Shown here piece by piece: positions 26,701 to 35,700 of a stretch of DNA of 64,000 nt. The DNA lies in NCBI GenBank assembly GCA_030141605.1, contig JAQGDQ010000008.1, positions 682,001 through 746,000 of the forward strand. Direction: 5' to 3'. The first letter of the stretch is position 1. Each line of letters begins with the position of its first letter. The stretch comes from Tubiluchus corallicola. Lineage: Eukaryota > Animalia > Priapulida. The notes below the pieces were generated by a model. That model made no database searches. It was not told the origin of the DNA and saw only the letters and a list, made by a program, of their open reading frames with translations. The translations under genes were made by a program, and so were the position numbers.

Positions 26701-29700
26701 AATAAAAGCTACTAACATATGTTCAATTCATGTATACCTAATGCTTATCACAATTGTTATTTAAAGCATTTAATAAATACTTTTCTCTTTTCTGCGTCAA
26801 CTAATTGACAGGGGGAGCACTTTTACGCACTTTGCAGTTATTCGGTTACATACTTGATACGTCAGTGAATTAGCAGTCATGAATTTAGAAAAACAAGAAC
26901 AATAACATAACAGAATGGAGCAGGTTAGTCGAGTAGGCCTAACTCACTGGGCTGATGGCAGTGCATTGGAGAGGGTTGCTAATGTGCACCTCGTTAATAT
27001 TCCAAAAATAAAAATTATTTTACTGTATGTAAGAAAATTGTACCAGGTAACATTAATTTTGCTATTTGCTATATTACCGGTTAGAATTTTCGTTATTGCA
27101 TTGTGTTTTGTGCTGTTACAATATGCATTAAACTTCAGTTTATGTTATGTGTTTTGGGAGTCTCACATTATGCGTTACTTTATTTATTACCTTATCAGTT
27201 AATTTTATTGCATTATCTTTTTTTATTACATTATGCATTGACTTTTTATTACAATGTGTTAATTTTTTGGGGCTAGACTTTACAATTTCCCACACACAAG
27301 AAATTAGTTCGTAAAACAGATTAGGGTTAAGATTAGGATTGAGAGTTAGTGTTGGGGGTTGGGTTAGGGTTAGGCTATTTAAATTGTGTGGGGAATTGTA
27401 AACTCCTTCCATTTTTTGGGTATTATAACGCCGGGCGTTTATTACATTATCAGTTGTAACAGGGCTTATAAAAATCCACCAAAAGTTTTTAAATATTTTC
27501 AACGTTTTCATAAGTTTACAACCGGTTCAGTCTGATTTGTTTCTGAGGGGCCTTTCCTTGTGAAAGTTTTGGAATACATCATCAACTTAGATGCTGTCGT
27601 GTCTTTTGCCCTAGGGCATATTGCTGTTTTTCCTGTGCGAAATGCGACAAGAGCAATGTATTTTTGGCATTTGCCCAGTTCTAACATTTTTCCTTGAGTA
27701 TCTAGAGTAGGCTAATTTATGTAGCTGTATGCGTGGACCCACAGGCTTATGTTTGCTCTTGGATTGCACTTTCCACATTGTATTTTCCTGACATATTTTA
27801 GTGTAATGTAGGTCATGGGGTGGAAGCTGTGTAAGGAACAAAACAGCAAGCAGTCCCTGGAATTTCAACCTTGGGACGGAATCGGAAACATGTAAAATAT
27901 AGCCTTCCCTACAGTGTTCTCTGTGTTTTCGTAAGATTTATGAGAGCAGAGAAAGTGGCAAAGGGTCTAAAAGCATGGCAGACCTCTTACAGCTTAGCTT
28001 ATTACAGGAAATTGTAACTTATTTACTGAATGTCAACCATGTCAGAAATCTGATGTTTACTTAGTCATTTGTTTCTAGTAGACGCACAAGTGAGAAAAAC
28101 AGACCAAATGAATCCGAATAAGTCCAACATTTTTCAAAAATACGGCAATTTTGCAAGTTTTCTAAGATTTCACACATGGCCCTGTCGTGTGGTCTTTGAA
28201 AAATGGCACTGCTTTGTGGGGAATAAAAATTGCACTGCTTTGGGGGGAATTTAACTCCGGCAAAATGTTTTATTATGGAACATAGTAGAAAGTATTATAA
28301 AGTTTTAATAAATATACTGCAAAACTGAACATAAACTTAACAGTTAGGTATAATTAAACTGATAAATACTGAATCACAGTGGTAGGAGTATATAATCTTG
28401 CATATCTTTAACATAATACACTCCGGCCGTAATTACTTAATAACGCTTTATGCATACAGTAGATTTAAAAAAATAATGAACAAACTATAGGTTATGTAAT
28501 AAACAAGGCAAAAGATACTTTTGTTGGAAAAACTCTAAACATTTTGAGATGGTCTAGATCTCTTTATCAGAATGGCTATTGGCAGATGAAAATTGGAAAA
28601 CTTCTTCAGAAAATTTCAGCAAAACTTTGCATGTTTCATATAGCTATTCGAGATATGATTGAATTTTCTTCAAAAATATACACATTAGTGCAGCTATTAG
28701 CAAAATGAAGTTTGGAAAGCACTTCAAAAAATTTCAGCCAAACTGCAAACCATATCAAACAAAGTTATGTAACTGTTAAAGACAGAATGCTTACATATTG
28801 TGCACGTTAACACGTTAAAATTGAAATAGTAAAATCTTATAGTGGTAAAATGAAAGGTGTTTCTTAATATTATTTTGCAGAATCAGAATATTATTAAAGT
28901 AAGAATAACGTGTATTTATATCCTCTAAATTAAGATTATAAATAATGAACTGTATTGTAAACTTGTTTTGGCATGCTTTGTAATTTTCTTAACTCCATTA
29001 TTGTGCTACCCTTCAAAAACTTTTTTCAAAATTCATATACTACACAACCTGCAACATTTTCAAAAACTGTGACGACATACTGTTGAATCATGTTTCATTC
29101 TCTGAATTATTTTTTTCAAATGCAAGTTTGATCAGTAATTATAAACATAATTTTATTTCGAATATACTTTACATAAGTAATTGATAATATAAAGGGTTGG
29201 CAGTCAAGATTATTCAAACGATTAGCAGTAAAAACAACCTGACGATACTAAAAGGATTAATGGGCCTAGTATTTTTGATAAAATATATAAGCATTACAAT
29301 TTCTTTCAAATTAACATGTTACAATGTAATTCAGAATTGATTGCAATTGTGCTGTTTAAAAAATTAAAATCATTACATTCTAAGCATTCGACGAAGTCTC
29401 TAGTCATATTAACCATTACCTGTTAGTTTCTTATCAAAGCTTTTTCCTCACTGATCTCCTTGCAAAAATAGTATATTCATCTTCTATCTGATTACTACTG
29501 CAGTTCAATGTGCAACATATATGTCATAAATTAAAACCCATTGCTGATTTAACAGTAAAGAGAGCTAGGTGTGCCACAAATTTAACAATAGTGTTACCAT
29601 TTTGTTTACAATTAAATTAGTATTTAGTAAAACGCTTGACACATGTTGACTTGGATGTATAATATTGGCAGTATAAGGTAATATATGTGTGTGCTCTATA

Positions 29701-32700
29701 TGGGAGGCACCATAACTTACGCACGGTAATATTCCTGGAGATATCGATAAATTTTAAATTACAATTATCTAGACGCCATACTTGGCTTCCAGAGAAACTG
29801 TGACCAAGTCAATGAAAATTTTTGTTTTGATTTGGCTCTTTACAAAATCAAAGTTATAAATGATGCTGTTTGCACGATAAACAAAATCTGCTCTTTTACG
29901 TAAAATGTCAGTTTCATCAGAGAAATCAAAGGACAAAGTATAACCAAGATGGATGACCGTATCACACCAGGTGAGAGGGGTGCAGCAAAGCATTATGCAT
30001 GGATATGGCAAATTTTTTTTCTTTAAATGGTGTAAATCTAATGCATTTACTTTTAATTTTATTGCCCTGTATTAATATATATGTTTTAATATAAAATTTA
30101 TGTCGTACTCATTGGCATATTCTTCACAGATCAGTAGCAACTTGTTCGATATGTATACATGCTTAACAATGCGCATATAGTAATGGAGGGAAAATTCCTT
30201 TTTAACAACAATCTAAACAATTTGATAAAGTTGAGTTTGTCAAAAGCCTTAGACGCATCTGGGAATGCAGTATAAACAGGGGTGCTATTATGCATTTAAT
30301 ATGATTTCTTTCTTTTACACTTTCTAATGCACTTCCTTTTACGACTGTAATAACTGATTGAATCTATTACATTCTACAAGATGTTACAGTCTTGAGTTAA
30401 TGACTCGCTTGCTTTTCCTGGAAAACATCCAAGGCATTCTAAGTTACACATACCAAGCCTGCTAGTCATTTGCAAAGTTTATTTGTGAAAGGACAAGTTT
30501 CGTAAATTCCAAGAATGAAATTTATTATGTTAGTATGTAATATTAAACCATGCTGTAACGGAAACCATTCACCGTCACAGTCAAACACTAAATTATTTTA
30601 AAAATTTGAACCATATAAATAAAGCTTGAAAATGTTTAATAAGTGCAAATTTGTGTGTGCCTAAATTGAATCCTGTTACTACGCGAAATTACATACTTGT
30701 TTGTAATGCTTTAGACTGAAAATATGCAGACAAAATACGTGTAAATACAGAAGTTGTGCAACAATAATGAAACAAAAAAATGTATGTAGCTGTTTTTGTT
30801 AAATAACAAAGCCATTGTTAAATAGCAAGAAACATATTCAACCAAACATGCACAAAAGGTCAAAAAGTGTAAAGTGAAAATGTGAGGCAAAAATGTAATT
30901 ATGCTGTCTATATCCCCTTCTGTATGAGGAGATTGCCGTGAGGTAGTTAACAATGTGTTCTTATACTCAGTGGTTACATTATCTTAAAGACAAAACATGC
31001 TACATTTAAAAAATATAGTAGTCAAATGTTTTTTTTCCTCACTCAATGGCTTGATCTCTTGGAAACAGTTTAATGTGAATCTTTCCACCTCGTAAGAAAC
31101 CATATTGATCTTCGAGCAGTGACTCCCACCTAACCAGATTTACCTCCCACCATGAAGAGTTTGTGTCACACAGTTTTGTAATAGTGTTCTTTGGATTATT
31201 GTTCATGAGCACGATGGTACTGTAAATGTCACCCATTTCGATGCCTACATTCATGCAGCAACCTCTACCGGATTTTTTGTTGACATTGTTCCCGCACTTG
31301 TCCGGAACACATCGTCGGAGTAAGATTCGCCGAGTTTTGTCTTCTGTATGGATTAGTGACCATGATCCACCTGGTGTCAGGGCTCTGATTTTCTCTACCG
31401 AGACAGAAAACACCAAGTTTACATCTTTTTTCACCATTTGAAGGTTTTCATCCTTTTTCATCAGGTGTAGGTTTTCATTTCTTATTGCCACATGTGTACA
31501 ACTTCCATTTACCACAGCCATTTTTTGCAACGAAAAGGCTATCCTCACTACACTGCACTTTCGGACTCTAGATTTGTGAAATTGTTTAATTACACTTAAA
31601 CAGTTTTTTGATTCTGTTATTACAACAAAATTCCTATTTTTGATATTCTGACCACAATAAAATTGTTGTGATTTACAATAAGATCGTTTTTAGTACATAT
31701 ACACCCAGCACTTTCAACTAAGTGACTGGTTTGTAAATATGGGCATGTACTGGGTCTATTTATTCAACTTTTGTTACACTATAAGATAACCGACATCCGA
31801 CAGTGTCTGTGTTCCAGTAAATTTGCACGATCTGAACAAATAAACAGCTTGTTTGTTCTGATGACGAACTTAAGCACAATTATTGGCCTTTTATCACCAA
31901 ATGCCTATACCAGTAGCCTTCGTTGCTATGGTTTTAAGCCCTGATTGCAATAACTGCAGTCGCCTACACTCTCGCGCACACACGATAAACTAAGTTTTTT
32001 CCTGTTGCTTCAGGCTAGTCACTAGTGTATATTGCTCAAGGTGTATACAGTTGGCGCATGGCCAGTATTTTTTCGGCGTTTCTTGAATTTTCTGCAATTA
32101 AGTTTAAACAGTAAAATTAGAAAAGATAGAGCCAATTACTCTGAGAAAATACTCAGCATACACCAATAGTCACTAGATATTCAAAAATGTAGTGTGTAAA
32201 TGTTGCTGCTGAAATAATAATTATTTCGCTGCTTACAGCATTATAAAATTATCGAGAATGAGTATGAGATTAAGTCTGTTATTATTAACATTAAATAATA
32301 ATGCAGTATTGCCAAACTAGAGAAATTCTCTGTTTTTCAGTTACTGAATTCATAGACAGTTTTGCTGCCAAAATCGAACCATTCCTTGAATCAGAAGAAG
32401 AACTAACTGACGATGAGTCGTTGTCACTTGGCAAGAAAGATCCAGAAATGTATCCTTTCTTAAAAAATATGCAACATACCCCGTTACGGATTCGCTAGCT
32501 TGTTTGATAGTTTACCACTGCGTAATCTCTGTCGTATGTAGTCTGTAGAAATTCGCGCGCTGTAGCGTCCACTGAACATTAACTATGCTTCTTGGACGGT
32601 TGCCAGAAATTTGCTTTTGCATGAGACGCGCACGTGAACACGTTTCGTTGCTTCTAGAATTTTCGCTAGTGAAATGAGGGGGCAACGACTTTAATTTCGC

Positions 32701-35700
32701 GCGAGAATTTATAGCGCGTTTAATCGGATGTGAAATTTCAGATAAACAATCCACTCGCTTTCTGGCTGCCGCTGACTTTTTCTGCAACACTTGTTGAATT
32801 TAATGCTTGGAATATAGATGTAGAATTGGTCTAGCGCCCAATAGAAAGGTTACTATTAATTATTTTCAATAAAGGCGAATGCGCATGTCTGTGACGTTCT
32901 ATTTCACTGGCACAGACTAGATGTTTCCAGTTTGAGTCGCTTAGACAACGTATTGATCCAGTTACTACACGTGTGGCATTTGCAACTGCCAAGTCATTGT
33001 TCTGGCACCTTGCCAGGTTCAGGAGCGTTTGTACGGATGTTCGGAACGCGTTAATCGTTACGCAGGTCTAATAAACGGGTACACAGAAAACAGTGTAAAA
33101 AATTTTTTACGTAATATATTTCGGATAGCGCCGCTTTGGCGTAAGCACCAGAACTATGTGGTGAACCACATCTCTTATCTCTTCGTCCAGAAAAGAGACT
33201 AATTTAAAGGACAAGAAAAGGGGCACTTGAAGTAGGTTTCAGAAAAATCGCCTTAAAAATTATATTACTTTATAGGAATTTTATGCGTATATCGTACTCG
33301 CACTGAAAGGAATTTTAGTTTGTTTTCATTTTAAATCTCCCGCAATACTGTTGCGAAGTCGCCATTACATTACATATACCAAACGTAAATCAGGGGAAGA
33401 AAAGGCAATGTTAAACTATATCTCAAAAGACTTTCCGTGCAAATCTATATTACTTGGATTTCCGCTTACCTGCTAGAAAGACTTATGTAACTAGAAAAGA
33501 AAATTATTAATTATTTAAAATATTTTCACCAATTGGTAAAATGTCGCTGACTCACCCCCTCCAGGGTGCATCACTCACTAACCAAAAAACGTAATTTTAA
33601 TCTTATTGACAAGATACAGTAATTTTAAATTTTATTTACTTGTGCGCTACGAATGCTCTGATTATTTTTTCAAACTTTACAAAATGTTATCTAAACTTGT
33701 TTCAAATGACCTGTCGTGAAAATGGCTGCGTCTAACGGTCATCGTGGGAGTTTAAATTTTTATGTTTTATACAGCATTACTGCCTATTGAAGTCCTGTAT
33801 GTAAAAAGGTAGTATGTAAGCGATATAAAATTTCAAAACGAATTTTTCAAGCTTTATGTTTATGAAGGGTTTTCGTGTGCTTTAAGTCCATTATAGACAT
33901 AAGCTTTCTCTGTAACGGCAGACAATGCTATAATTTCTGCTTTTTTAATAAATGCTATTGAAAAGTGTTTGTATGACAAATATAAAGCATAATGCCAAAG
34001 CAGCACTGCACAATGTTGTTGCAGTTGTAAAAAAACTAAGTTACCTTGCTGGAAATTGGCAGCATACTATGCATGATCTTAAAGATATAATCTCCATGTT
34101 TCGTAATAAAAGTTTAATTTGAAATCAGTTAGGTCTTTCAATTATACATTGAATTAACACATTGGGTAATTGTACTAGATTAACTCTGTTTTGTAATGGA
34201 CGTGATTTAACAACTGCAAGTTTAGGGCTTGTACTGGAACATTGTGGCTTGAAAATGCACATGTTTGTCAAAACCCTGGCAGTTCAATGAGAAAAGAGGA
34301 ACCTATGATACGTAGCAAAACTTTTACTAATCTTGCATGCGCCATTAATGCTGTTTTTGTTATTAACTAAAAAATTTTAATAGTTAAACCAGCAGCTAAC
34401 GTAGCACTCACACTAGCAGACAATGTCAAGACAAGGTACAAATGTAATTTTCTAAACCATTATGTAAACCATTACAACATTTTTGATATTTGTGAATAGT
34501 TGCTTCACTGTTGAAAACTCTTTGAATTAATTTTACAAATTTTATGTTTACGGTTGGTCAAGTCACGTCCAATTAAAATATTATAGCATCCCTTACATTC
34601 ACCCATTACTGACACTATTTTAAATTATTTGTAACAAACTTTAAACAATGACATTGTGCCTTAACGACAGCTACTTTAGTGAAGTCGAAAAGTTCATACA
34701 AGCTAACACACAGGAACTTGGAAAAGACAAATGGCTGTGTCCACTTTCTGGCAAGAAATTCAAAGGACCAGAATTCATTCGCAAGCATCTTCTAAATAAA
34801 CATTCTGAGAAGCTGGATGAGGTCAGAGCAGAGGTGAGAAATAGAGTTCTTTTTTCAATATTTTTAGAAACCGACTGGTGAGGGAATAAGATTTTGAGCT
34901 TTCAATTTTGTGTCGAAATCGAAAAGTGGGGCGCATTGTGTACAAGCATTTGTACATAGCAGATCGGTCAGGGTACTGATGTACAGGCTAGTGTAGGGCA
35001 GGGTGGTGGCATAGTATGTGTCGCACTGGATGTGCGCACGGAGCGTCAAGATTCACAGAAAAGAGGTGACGAAGGGTTATGGTGTGAGGGATATTGAGGA
35101 TAAGTTGAGTGTACAGACAATTACAATAGTAGCATTTTGGAGGAGATAACAGAATTTAAGACAGTAGGGCATAGACTCAGGGAGAGAGTGGGCAGGCATA
35201 TTAGCACTTATGGTGACCCATTAAATCAAAATGTGTTTTTACTTTTACATAAATCTTTTAAATTTGCAATATTGCACTAAACATATATCAGACAGTCTAT
35301 GATTAAAACTGGATAAGATAGCTGCTTTAACAACATATTGATCTAAGTTACTCCATATGTTGATCTCTCTGTTACTAGGAATATTTATTAACTTTTAGTC
35401 TACTAAAATTTGTGTACAACTTGTAATTATGACTGTAAGTAGGTCGGGCACAGTACCGAAAAAACTTATGGAAAGTTAAATCTACTAATCGATGACCAAT
35501 TTTGTACATCATTTTTAGGTTATATTTCATGTGTCTTGCTTTTAATGCTTCTAATTCACGTTTGTGTAATCGACAATATGAATTATTCCCGAGGTTGGAA
35601 TGTTCAAAAAGCTTTTTTTAAAATATCACTGATTGTTTTTCAACATTATCGATGTCTGCTATTTTATAAGGTAACCACATTTAGCAGAAAATGTCGCAGG

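Larger units (their letters stand above)
25097..27461. mobile_element. Foldback-like TIR element with TGT...ACA termini and modular TAATGTAATAA subrepeats
   Basis: Left end TGTTACAACTGATAATGTA and right end TACATTATCAGTTGTAACA are exact reverse complements. Long degenerate inverted arms at 25097-25305 and about 27045-27461. Flanks ggact / gggct suggest a 5-bp TSD. Confidence 0.7.

Noticed and set aside
27320-27375. Telomere or chromosome fusion site
   Set aside because: Short, degenerate and embedded in a TIR element arm.
32512-32790. 92-aa minus-strand ORF as a coding first exon of the nested MATH-like gene
   Set aside because: It has a non-ATG start in a CpG-rich region, and splicing its donor to the best acceptor near 31568 creates TGA at the junction.
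34666-34670. Upstream AG as acceptor of the U12 intron
   Set aside because: Only about 6 nt from the branch adenosine, too close for U12 splicing, and it would insert three residues into a conserved motif.
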